From Octopus vulgaris (taxonomy: Eukaryota), in the NCBI GenBank assembly GCA_951406725.2, contig OX597825.1, forward strand, positions 36,518,001 to 36,582,000: 64,000 bases of DNA, in the 5' to 3' direction. This document shows, piece by piece, positions 41,682-54,015 of the stretch. The position numbers and the translations under genes are program-made. Below the pieces are notes generated by a model that worked only from the letters and a program-made list of their open reading frames with translations, made no database searches and was not told the DNA's origin. Each line of letters opens with the position of its first letter. Position 1 is the stretch's first letter.

Positions 41682-41758
41682 AGCCTTCAATCTTCAGTCA
41701 AGAACCGGATCATCCTAGCAATTTCGGCTGATTAATCTTGAGATCGCTCCGATCCGGC
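41682..41758 (-). ncRNA. Non-circularly permuted hammerhead ribozyme, family P2
   Basis: agcgaU-C-tcaaga-ttaatc-agcc-GAAA-ttgct...tcttga-CTGAAGA-ttgaa-ggct; outer helix gccggatc/gatccggt. Confidence 0.75.
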
Positions 41759-42819
41759 CAGCCCCAAGGAAAACCTAAGCTGCGAGCATTAGATTTCTTG
41801 GAAAATGGATCGAATGTATACGAAACAGGGACAGAAAAACGGACGATACCACACGAATATAAAATACAAAAAACAAAAATGGTAAAAACAGGACAAAAAC
41901 AGCGGGTGTCTTACGACTAATAGACAGTACAACTTAGTTTAGCTGGCGTATTTGCCTTTCTCGGCAGACGAAGACAACAATCTTCTCATGGCGCTGGTTT
42001 AGCAGTATTGCTCGGCTCGTGCGTTCTATGCACTCGCGAATTAAGCTAAACTTGGATGAAGTACAATCAAAATTCAATTATTTTGGTTTTAAAATCAAGC
42101 ATTTAATGCCCTCTATTTTTGCGCTTATGTGTTCCATTTCCTCAATAGGAAGTACGTAGAAACGTTTCATAAATTTTTGTTGATCAAATAATTGCATTGT
42201 TGAATTATTCTTTTAGATCAGTATTTCTCAACGGGGATTTCAGGGGAGAGTTTCAGGGAGTCGCTGGCGATGTATCGTGATGATCAAAAATCCGGCCTGC
42301 TAAAATTTGGTTAAAGTGATTCAAACTGCAGACTCAACGCAAAATGTTCACATTTAATTCAAAGCGTTAAAAATGTTATGAAAACAATTGGTATGTGTTC
42401 AAAAAGTTCAAACGATTAATACAAAAAAACCCTCCAGGCTACATCCCGAAAATTCATTTCTTTGCCGAATTTCTATAACGTTTACGGCGATTCGTTTTTA
42501 TATCTTGATTTTTTATTTTTCATGCAATCTACGCATGCTTGCAGGCATGGTGAACACAGTTCACGTCAAACAGCTGACTGAGTAAAGTTCACAATTCAAT
42601 GCATGGGATAAGGCCTAAACAAACACATTATCGATTTTTGCACTTGCGAGATGAATTTCGGAACAGAAATAGCGCAGTTCAATTTTCATTCGCCTAAACT
42701 TTAAGTGACCCATTTTTGGTGGCTCTACGGTTTGTTGGCTAGGAGGAGATGTGCCGGGAAGTTAAACACACAGACACACACACAGATACACACAGACACA
42801 CAAGTTGGGTTTTATATAT

Positions 42820-43458
42820 ATAGATATGCATACGTGGGCACAGAACGTCATGAAACGTGTACAACAAAAAAGTACGAAGCACGAGTACATGGAACATGAA
42901 TTATTCTTTCGAACAACGAAAGACACAAATGGAAAACAAAACAAACAACATTAAGAACGAAGCTTCATCGGTTGTTGGTTGCTTTTCTAGTCTCGTATTT
43001 CGAACATTTAACAACAATATACGCTTTCGATAAAACAGTTGCTCCCGCAAAGGAAATTAAATAAAATTTTGGATTTTGCGGAGGGTCAAAATAGGTAACA
43101 CAAACAGGACAGTGAAAACAAACAGGAAGGGCTGCTAAGCCTAAACAAGGTTGTGGTGGCGAACGCGTAAATCAAGCTAGGACAGGCGACAAATAAGAAC
43201 ACGTTTCCTTTTTCCAGCTACAACGGAGAGAAAGAAAGAAAGATGGCCGATGGTCACGTGGGAGACACTTGACTGAGGGAGAGAGAGTGACAGAGTAATA
43301 GGATAGAATAGTGGGAGAAGAGGAGGTAAAAGAATAAGAAAGAGAAAAAGAGAGAAAAACGAAAGAGTAAAAAGATCGTATAACGTGCGCATCAGAATTA
43401 TAAAGATAAAACTTACTTGGAAGACGATGCGTGGCGTTCAATCATATAATAATATAAA

Positions 43459-43529
<71 letters not shown>

Positions 43530-43715
43530 TATGTGGGCACAGGACGACATGAATCATTTCCAACAAAGAAGTACGAATAGTACATGAACTATTCTTTCGA
43601 ACAACGAAATACACAAATAGAAAACAAAACAAACAGCATTAAGAACGACCATTCATCAGTAGTTGGCTGCTTTTCTAGTCTCGTATTTCGGGCATTTAAC
43701 AACAATATACGCTCT
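42820..43715 (-). mobile_element. Non-coding Penelope-like element with tandem pseudo-LTRs (period ~690 bp)
   Basis: 42825-43025 is repeated at 43525-43713; each copy carries a rearranged HHR. Confidence 0.78.
43648..43712 (-). ncRNA. Non-circularly permuted hammerhead ribozyme, family P3 (second copy ~42961-43035)
   Basis: cgtaU-A-ttgttg-ttaaat-gccc-GAAA-tacg...caac(t/a)a-C(T/C)GATGA-a; each copy has point lesions. Confidence 0.68.
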
Positions 43716-43849
43716 ATTGGTAAACGTTAGTGTAAAGTCTTTGGCTATTAACACACCCATCTGAAGTGTACTTTGATTTGTTTGAAGCATTTGAAGCCAA
43801 CAAATACTTTTTTCGGTTTAGTGACACGTAGGCGTATCTTTATGATCTG

Positions 43850-44375
43850 GAATCGAATGTTCAGTCTATGGACTGGCGTCACACTTTTTGTTCAAGGCCT
43901 AAAGAATTCAAATACCAGAGATGGACACAAAAGTTCACGGTGACTGCTTGGGGAGATAACAAGGGTGTCATGCTCCTTCATTTTCTGAAATGTGACTGTA
44001 CTGTGAACAGCTTAAACATGTCATCGAGGTAGAGGGGGGACAGACGAGGCAGAACAAGAATCTAAAAGTGATTCCAATTCAACATGGCAATGCACGACCA
44101 TACACATCATTAGCAACAATCCTTGCAGTCGGCAAATTAGGCTGGTCAGTTGTTATCGATCTACCGTACAGCTAAGATCTGGTGCCCTCTGACTTCCACC
44201 TCTTCAGCTAAATTAAGTACAGCCTTCGGGGACAGTGACTGGATGACGAAGACGAGGTAAAAGTGGTTGTGATGGAGTGGATATAACAATAGAACTGAAT
44301 TTATTCAAACAGGATTCGAAAGTTAGGTACGATGGCGCAAATCCATTGCATGTTGAGAAGTACACATGTGTAACA
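43850..44375 (+). mobile_element. Degraded mariner transposase fragment
   Basis: CCGTACAGCTAAGATCTGGTGCCCTCTGACTTCCACCTCTTC reads PYS*DLVPSDFHLF (YSPDLAPSD motif); upstream QHGNARPY resembles HDNARPH. Confidence 0.75.
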
Positions 44376-45060
44376 TGAACAACTTTTGTAAGATGATATA
44401 AAGGCTTCTTCTTCTGATGATGATGATGATGATGATGATGATCATGATCATGATGATGATCATGATCATGATGATGATCATGCTGCTGCTGCTGCTGATG
44501 ATGATGATGATAATGATGATGATGATGATGACGACGACGACGATGATGATGATATAAACACATAAAAAGAATAATTAGAAAAAGGTAAAAATAGAGAAAA
44601 TGAAATTTAATAGCAGAAATCTGGCTTTCATTCGGCATGCTATGACGTTGGGAGGTAAAAATGAGCCCAAGAGAGGTAACTGTAAGCAAACATAATAGTC
44701 GATGATAGCTTTGAAAAAATAACTGTTAAAATCGAACTGCACTCTTGGAAACTTGCACTAAGAATAAGTTAAATTACTACCTGCTTTTATAACACGATAT
44801 ACGCAAATACTTTATCCTGTCCCTCTCCGATTTTTAGTTCATGCATTACTAATGTAATGACCCGATATATATATAACAGTAGTTGTAAATAAGTAACCAT
44901 GCAACTGCTGTTCAAGAGAGTGCTGCATTTCCCGCCTATCCAGCAGGGTGGCATCATTCGAAAGCTACAACAACGCGAGTAAGCGTATTGTGACCAGTGA
45001 TGTCCAACAACATTTGATCATCTGGACGACATAGTTATGTATATACATGTCTGTGTGTGT

Positions 45061-45118
<58 letters not shown>

Positions 45119-45493
45119 TGTATGCGTGTGTGTGTGTGCGTGCGTGCGTGCGTGTGTGTATATGAGGTCGTTCTGCTGCTAACATGTAACCCTTACAATA
45201 TGTTACATGGTCGGGTCGTCGGCGACTAAATCAAGGCTTGTTTGGTGAGTAGATGGTATTTGGACCCACGCCGGATGAAAAACAAAACCCCTCAAAGATC
45301 GGATGATATTCTGTGACTCAACGGTCATCCAATAGTTCCTCTTCATTTGTACACACACACACACACATATATGTATATCAGAAGTAAAAAAAAAAGACGA
45401 ACGGATATCGTCAAAACATAACAAGCAGGAAAAGGACGATAACACAACAACGTCAAACAGAACAAAACAAGATACACGGATCATTCGCAGCCA

Positions 45494-45566
45494 ATTGCTT
45501 CTTCAGTCAGAGTCTGGAATGTCCAAGTAGTTTCGCCCAATCCTCTCCGATACTACTCGAAACCAG
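45494..45566 (-). ncRNA. Non-circularly permuted hammerhead ribozyme, family P4
   Basis: ttcgagtagU-A-tcggag-agg-attgggc-GAAA-ctacttgga...ctctga-CTGAAGA-a-gcaat; 9-bp stem III, 6-bp stem I. Confidence 0.72.
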
Positions 45567-45930
45567 TCGGGCTGAGGGCTTAAGCTGAAGGCCCTGAGCA
45601 AGGCATACGAATGTGCATATAGAAACACAAGGAAATAACAAACAGAAAGTGTTTTTCGATTATCGGACGAACTAGAATTATACATATACAATGGACAAAA
45701 GCCTTTCGGCTATATAACAAAAGAAAAATAATTATACAATTACAACAGAAATAAAACAAAACAGAGTCTTTCGACTATCAGACGCGTGTAGGAAGCTAGC
45801 GAAAGTAAAATGGAAATGGAAGAAATCTTCCCTGACCGGGTGGCGGAACAAAACAGATGCGACTGACCTCATAGATAGATAGATAGATCGATCGATCGAT
45901 CGATAGATAGATAGATAGATAGATAGATAT

Positions 45931-45983
<53 letters not shown>

Positions 45984-46429
45984 CATCCACTTGATTTCTA
46001 ATATTGGTTTCAAATTTTGGCACACGGCCAGCAATTTTAGGGGCGGGGAAGAATCGATTACATCGACCCCAGTGTTCAACTGGTACTTGTTTTATCTACC
46101 ACGAAAGAATAAAAGGTAAACTCGACCTAGGCGACGAAATAGACGAAATGCTGCAAAGCATTTGGCCGACGTGCTAACGATTCTGTTTTATATTTGATTT
46201 CTAATATAAAATGCAAATGTTTAAAATTTACTGGATAAATAAGGACGACAACTCTTTGATACGTATTCTTCTAGTGACCTCCCTTGCGTGGAACAATTAA
46301 AGTATTATTTGACGCTCAGGAAAGAAGGGATATATATATATATATATATATAACGGGAAGCTTTATGAAAATAAACAAAAGACGAAGGCAGGTGGAAAAC
46401 AAACGAACAATTGTATTAGTATGGCGCTC

Positions 46430-46455
<26 letters not shown>

Positions 46456-46462
<7 letters not shown>

Positions 46463-46605
46463 TATTAGAGACAAAACCACTATTTTGTAAAACAAACAAG
46501 GAAAGACTTAATCAATACATAACATTTTTTATTAAAATTTTATGTATTGATTAAGTCTTTCCTTGTTTGTTTTACAAAATAGTGGTTTTGTCTCTAATAA
46601 TATTT
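46456..46605. repeat. Short palindrome (~67-bp arms) between TA tracts
   Basis: AAATATTATTAGAGACAAAACCAC...GTGGTTTTGTCTCTAATAATATTT. Confidence 0.9.
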
Positions 46606-46689
46606 TATAATATTTTACTATAAAATTGGATTTAATCCTAAATCTGATTTTTTTTCCCTGTAAATTTGGATTTATTCCCTAATATTTAT

Positions 46690-46790
<101 letters not shown>

Positions 46791-46791
46791 C

Positions 46792-46876
<85 letters not shown>

Positions 46877-46907
46877 GTTGAGTTGTGGGGTATCGCACGA
46901 GTGGGAT

Positions 46908-48769
46908 TATATAAGAAAAAAGGTTTGAAAATGCAATTAAAACGATGTTTATTTACTTAACCGGTTTCACTCTTTGGTAAAAGATTGTCAAAAGTTACAT
47001 TTAAGGAAACATTGAATAATATGGGTTCAAAAAAGTTTTTTACATAATTGTCACATTGAATATTATGCATTCAAAAAGGTTTTTTACATAATTGTCACAT
47101 TGGATATTATGGGTTCAAAAAAGTTTTTTACATAATTGTCACATTGAATATTATGCATTCAAAAAAGTTTTTTACATAATTGTCACATTGGATATTATGA
47201 ATTCAAAAATGTTTTTTTATACATAATTGTCACATTATTTGGGAAAATTTGGCAGAAAAGGATAAAACAAATATATTATTGGGAATTGGTTGCGTTAATT
47301 ATTGGTTGTCGCAAATTGTCACATTACATGTATATATATACAATCTTTGGTATATATATACAGCGTTTTGACAGCAAAAATTAAAATGGATTTTTTGTCC
47401 ATCTCAGAATATTTTAAGTATGTTTTTACTGACCTGTTAGTATTAGCAGAAAGGCTGAACTGAGAGAACAGAAGTAGCCAATGTGGTGTATACTTCCCCT
47501 TTATGCATGAATGATTTTGGGGTTATCAGGAGGTTAGTATGCGGGTGTGAATAGATGTGTCCGTGCCTGCTGGTCAGACAGCGTCTGTTTGTCACACACA
47601 TATATATACACACAAACACACACACACACACACAACACACACACACACACACATAGTATACAAACACAAACCACATACAGACAACACACACACACACAGA
47701 ACACACACACCCACACACAACGCACCCACATATATCACATATATACACAGCACACAAATATAACATGTATCTATATATAATATACACAGATATATAACAC
47801 ACATACACACACACACACACAACACACGCACACATACATACATAATATAAATATCACACAAATACACCTAGCATATATATATACACACATACAATACACA
47901 CATACAGCATGTAAGTAATATACATACACAATATATGCATGCAATATACATACGCAATACATACATACAATATATATATATATAGACAATGCATATACAT
48001 ATATACACATATACATATAAATAGTGTTTACATACACATACATAGATGTACCACATATACACACAACACACATACATACAATGCATACACATACACGTAC
48101 GCATACATATAATATATATATACACACACACACACATAACATACATGCACACACAATGCATACATACATATACACGCAATGCATATACATGTATTCATGC
48201 ACATATAGCACACCTACAATATACATATATACAGTGCACACATACACACAAATATATACACTTAATTGTACACGTACATATACAATACACATACATGTAT
48301 ATACATGTATATATACACGCAATGCATATACATGTATTCATGCACATATAGCACACCTACAATATACATATATACAGTGCACACATACACACAAATATAT
48401 ACACTTAATTGTACACGTACATATACAATACACATACATACAATATACATATATACAATGCGCATGCAAATAATGTACATGTTTATACACACATAAACAT
48501 GCAAATAAATATACACACACACACATACACACACACATATATATACACATATATATATATATATATACACACATACATACATACATACATGCACATACAT
48601 ATATTTTTTCACACACATACACACACACATATATATATAAAATTCACCACCCCCCACACACACAAATTACAAACCTATAGCGTACACACTCAAATATATC
48701 TCTACATACCGCACATACACACAAACAAAGTACTAACATATACACACATACCATGCATATACACACACA

Positions 48770-48816
<47 letters not shown>

Positions 48817-49369
48817 GATACATATGTAAATACATACACATGTATACAATGCTCACACACACACACACACACACATACACACACACCCGCACACAGTGCA
48901 CACACACACACACATATATACACACGTGCACACACACAAACACATACAACGCGCGCACACACACATATACACACACACGCACACAGTGCACACACACACA
49001 CACACACACATATATCACCTACATATATATAATGCATGCGTGTGCATGCCACGTATGTGTGCGGTCAATGCCCGCTAGTGTGTCCCATGCGCGCATCGGC
49101 ACGCATAGGACACACTAGCGGGCATTGACCGCACACATACGTGGCATGCACACGCATGCATTATATATATGTAGGTGATATATGTGTGTGTGTGTGTGTG
49201 TGCACTGTGTGCGTGTGTGTGTATATGTGTGTGTGCGCGCGTTGTATGTGTTTGTGTGTGTGCACGTGTGTATATATGTGTGTGTGTGTGTGCACTGTGT
49301 GTGTGTGTGTGTATGTGTGTGTGTGTGTGTGTGAGCATTGTATACATGTGTATGTATTTACATATGTAT

Positions 49370-49421
<52 letters not shown>

Positions 49422-49633
49422 ATGCATGGTATGTGTGTATATGTTAGTACTTTGTTTGTGTGTATGTGCGGCATGTAGAGATATATTTGAGTGTGTACGC
49501 TATAGGTTTGTAATTTGTGTGTGTGGGGGTGGTGAATTTTTTATATATATATGTGTGTGTGTATGTGTGTGAAAAAATATATGTATGTGCATGTATGTAT
49601 GTATGTATGTGTGTATATATATATATATATGTG

Positions 49634-49666
<33 letters not shown>

Positions 49667-50342
49667 ATATTTATTTGCATGTTTATGTGTGTATAAACAT
49701 GTACATTATTTGCATGCGCATTGTATATATGTATATTGTATGTATGTGTATTGTATATGTACGTGTACAATTAAGTGTATATATTTGTGTGTATGTGTGC
49801 ACTGTATATATGTATATTGTAGGTGTGCTATATGTGCATGAATACATGTATATGCATTGCGTGTGTATATATACATGTATATACATGTATGTGTATTGTA
49901 TATGTACGTGTACAATTAAGTGTATATATTTGTGTGTATGTGTGCACTGTATATATGTATATTGTAGGTGTGCTATATGTGCATGAATACATGTATATGC
50001 ATTGCGTGTATATGTATGTATGCATTGTGTGTGCATGTATGTTATGTGTGTGTGTGTGTATATATATATTATATGTATGCGTACGTGTATGTGTATGCAT
50101 TGTATGTATGTGTGTTGTGTGTATATGTGGTACATCTATGTATGTGTATGTAAACACTATTTATATGTATATGTGTATATATGTATATGCATTGTCTATA
50201 TATATATATATTGTATGTATGTATTGCGTATGTATATTGCATGCATATATTGTGTATGTATATTACTTACATGCTGTATGTGTGTATTGTATGTGTGTAT
50301 ATATATATGCTAGGTGTATTTGTGTGATATTTATATTATGTA

Positions 50343-50382
<40 letters not shown>

Positions 50383-51184
50383 TTATATATCTGTGTATAT
50401 TATATATAGATACATGTTATATTTGTGTGCTGTGTATATATGTGATATATGTGGGTGCGTTGTGTGTGGGTGTGTGTGTTCTGTGTGTGTGTGTGTGTGT
50501 CTGTATGTGGTTTGTGTTTGTATACTATGTGTGTGTGTGTGTGTGTTGTTGTGTGTGTGTGTGTTTGTGTGTATATATATGTGTGTGACAAACAGACGCT
50601 GTCTGACCAGCAGGCACGGACACATCTATTCACACCCGCATACTAACCTCCTGATAACCCCAAAATCATTCATGCATAAAGGGGAAGTATACACCACATT
50701 GGCTACTTCTGTTCTCTCAGTTCAGCCTTTCTGCTAATACTAACAGGTCAGTAAAAACATACTTAAAATATTCTGAGATGGACAAAAAATCCATTTTAAT
50801 TTTTGCTGTCAAAACGCTGTATATATATACCAAAGATTGTATATATATACATGTAATGTGACAATTTGCGACAACCAATAATTAACGCAACCAATTCCCA
50901 ATAATATATTTGTTTTATCCTTTTCTGCCAAATTTTCCCAAATAATGTGACAATTATGTATAAAAAAACATTTTTGAATTCATAATATCCAATGTGACAA
51001 TTATGTAAAAAACTTTTTTGAATGCATAATATTCAATGTGACAATTATGTAAAAAACTTTTTTTGAACCCATATTATTCAATGTTTCCTTAAATGTAACT
51101 TTTGACAATCTTTTACCAAAGAGTGAAACCGGTTAAGTAAATAAACATCGTTTTAATTGCATTTTCAAACCTTTTTCTTATATA
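46908..51184. repeat. 4.3-kb palindrome (~2.1-2.2-kb arms, 10-nt loop at 49092-49101)
   Basis: Unique segments mirror each other (47380-47595 vs 50585-50800; 46911-47020 vs 51075-51180); centre ATGCG-cgcatcggca-CGCAT. Confidence 0.95.
51098..51138 (+). ncRNA. Minimal hammerhead, U3-A8 core (mirror copy 46955-46995, -)
   Basis: actt-TTGACAA-tcttt-tacc-aaaga-gt-GAAA-ccgg-TT-aagt; stem II junction irregular. Confidence 0.65.
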
Positions 51185-51200
51185 TATATATATATATATA

Positions 51201-51486
51201 GTGGAGGCGCAATGGCCCAGTGGTTAGGGCAGCGAACTCGCGGTCGTAGGATCGCGGTTTCGATTCCCAGACCGGGCGTTGTGTGTGTTTATTGAGCGAA
51301 AACACCTAAAAGCTCCACGACGCTCTGGCAGGGGATGGTGATCCCTGCTGTACTCTTTCACCACTCTTTCTCTCACTCTTTCGTCTGATGGCCTGCTTGC
51401 TTAGCCAGCGGGGTGGTGTCATTTGAAGGCTAATGCGAACGCATTGTGACCAGCGATGTGTAGCAACATCTGATGATCTGGTCGAT

Positions 51487-51495
<9 letters not shown>
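51201..51495 (+). mobile_element. SINE family C, tail type 2 (also 35318-35598 on -, partial at ~36945 and ~44930)
   Basis: Same tRNA-like head; tail GCATTGTGACCAGCGATGTGTAGCAACATCTGATG...TCACGTGATA. Confidence 0.85.
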
Positions 51496-51520
<25 letters not shown>

Positions 51521-51974
51521 TGCCCACCTCTGTGTTACCCCTTCTCATTGTTAATTTCTTTCTCTCTCTGGCCATATCTCCCCTTATCTTTCTCTTTATA
51601 TCAGTCTCTATCATTATCTTTATAAATATTACATAGTCCATTATATCTCACATTACCTCACATACATATACACCATAGGCTATCACATAGTTTCCGCCTA
51701 CCATATTTACTCACAGAGACATTGGTCGGCCCGGTCTTGAAGTTAGATAACACATGCCCTAAGTGTCACGCATTTAAATTGAACCCGAAGTAAGCGTCTT
51801 AACCGCACAGCCATGCCCTCACCTGTTTGTATTTATCAGTGAAATATTTTGTCCTCTCTTTATAAATGAGAAAACAAATAGAGTCTGCATTAAAATGATT
51901 TTTCTTTCATTGCTGCGGTGTTGAAAAAGTATAAAAGGGTAAGGTCATCTTGAATTCAGTGAACATGGTTATAT

Positions 51975-52110
51975 TAGGTGTGATCAAAATGTATTGGAAA
52001 CTACAAAACATACTAATTCGACATTTGATCTCCTTCAAAATAGTCCCCTTCTGAAGCCATACACTTTATCCAGTGTTGTTCCCATTGATGGAAGCATTCC
52101 TGGAATTCCC
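51975..52110 (-). mobile_element. Mariner 3' fragment
   Basis: Reverse strand reads EFQECFHQWEQHWIKCMASEGDYFEGD, a typical mariner C-terminus. Confidence 0.75.
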
Positions 52111-52730
52111 TTTTCGGTATTTATTTTATTGACCCCGAAATAAGGAAAGGCATAGTTGATCTCAGCGGAATTTTGTCCCAGAACGTAAACCTAAGAATTT
52201 TGCCCGGTATGTTAATGATTCTGCCAGATCACCGCTTCGAGAACGACATAGGGCCGGTTTTACCGGTTTCCGTGGTGCATGTTTCCCCCACCCTTGGACA
52301 GGATACTGATCTGTTTCATGATTACTCATTTTGTCATCGTAGTGGAGTGGAGCAGCGTGTTTTGCTCCAGAATGCAACATGTCGCTCGGTTCAGGAATCG
52401 AAACCGCAATCTTACGATCATGAGTCCAATGTCCGAACCAATAATCCACGGGCCTCCACAATCATTGCTAATATTGATTTCAAATTTCAGTACAAGGCCA
52501 GCAATTTCGGTGGAAGGGCTAAGTCGATTACACCGACCCCAGTGCTCAACTGATACTTATTTTATCAACCCGAAAGGGTAATAGGCAAAGTCCACCTCGG
52601 CGGAATAATCATTGTTAATGTTAAAATATATTCTTAAGGTTACACTCTCCCGTAATAAAAGCGGTGAGCTTGTAGAAGTGTTAGCACATCGGATAAAATG
52701 CTTTACGAAGTTTCTTCTGGTATTTTACGT

Positions 52731-53034
52731 TTTTTGTTTGTTCCTTCTCGAGCCATGCCTAGCTCATAAGGGCCGGTTTCCCGGTTTCCTTGGCGTATAG
52801 GTTCCCCACCTGGACGGGACACCGGTCCGTCGCAGGTGAGCTGTAGGTGCAGGAGGAAAGAGTGAGAGAAAGTTGTGGCGAAAGAATCAGCAGAAGTTCG
52901 CCATTATCTTCTGCCGGAGCCGCGTGGAGCTTAGGTATTTCGCTCATAAACACACACATCGCCCGGTCTGAGATTCGAACCCGCGATCCCTCGACCGCGA
53001 GTCCACTGCTCTAACCATTAGGCCATGTGCCTCA
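52731..53034 (-). mobile_element. SINE family C, tail type 1, with 12-bp target-site duplication
   Basis: GGTATTTTACGT at 52719-52730 and 53035-53046; uninterrupted site at 54828-54839. Confidence 0.92.
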
Positions 53035-53636
53035 GGTATTTTACGTGCTGTGTTCAAATCGACGAAGCTCCTCCCACTACAACTGGTGGCCTTGTGCTAA
53101 AAGTTGAAACCATTATTATTATTATAAAGGTGGCGAGTTTGGCAGAATCGTTAGCACGCCGGGCAAATCGTTTAGTAGAATTTCATCAGTCTTTATGTTC
53201 AGGGTTGAAGTTCCGCTCAGGTCGACTTTGCCTTTCATCCTTTCGGGGTCGATAAAATAAGTAGCAGTTGAGCACGGTGTCCATATAATCAAGTTACTCC
53301 CTTCCCGAAATTGCTGGCCTTGTGTCAAAATTTGATGCCATTATTAAAAAGGCGGCGAGCTCGCAAGGACTTTTACTACTCCGGGTAAAATACTTAGCGT
53401 TTTTTCGTCTGTCTTTATGTTCTGAGTTCGAATTCTGCCGTGGTTGACTTTGTCTTTCATCATTTTGGCGTCGATAAAATAAGTACCAGTTGAGCATTGA
53501 GGTTAATGTAATCGACCTAGCCCCTCCACTATAATTACTGGCCTTGTGCCAAAACTTGAAACCTATCTTCTCGAGTAATTTTAACATTAAAAAGTAAAAG
53601 TAAAAAGAAACAAACAAAAACTAAATCGACCTGAGG

Positions 53637-54015
53637 TGTAGGAGTGGCTGTGTGGTAAGTAGCTTGCTTTCCATCCACATGGTTCCGGGTTCAGTCCCAC
53701 TGCGTGGCACCTTGGGCAAGTGTATTCTGCTATAGCCTCGGGCCGACCAAAGCCTTGTGAGTGGATTTGGTAGAATGAAACTGAAAGAAGCCCGTCGTAT
53801 ATATATCTGTGTGTGTGTGTCTGTTTTTGTCACCCCAACATCACTTGACAACCGATGCTGGTGTGTTTATGTCTCCGTAACTTAGCGGTTAGCAAAAGAG
53901 ATCCGATAGAATAAGTGCTTGGATTACAATGAATAAGTCCTGGGGTCGATTTGCTCGACTAAAGGCGGTGCTCCAGCATGGTCACAGTCAAATGACTGAA
54001 ACAAGTAAAAGAGTA
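53637..54015 (+). mobile_element. SINE family A, full-length
   Basis: Close match to 2921-3337. Confidence 0.9.

Noticed and set aside
41915-42815. Possible Helitron-like or hAT-like element
   Set aside because: Ends are suggestive but I could not identify matching termini or a second copy.
44213-44689. 158-aa His/Gln-rich ORF
   Set aside because: (ATG)n/(CTG)n microsatellite plus antisense mariner sequence.
45650-45790. CTGATAGTCGAAAGACTC and CCGATAATCGAAAAAC on the minus strand
   Set aside because: No room for stem II and no stem I; not a credible hammerhead.
47010-47240. Regular 44-bp repeats, superficially CRISPR-like
   Set aside because: No unique spacers, no cas genes, eukaryotic context; a simple tandem repeat.
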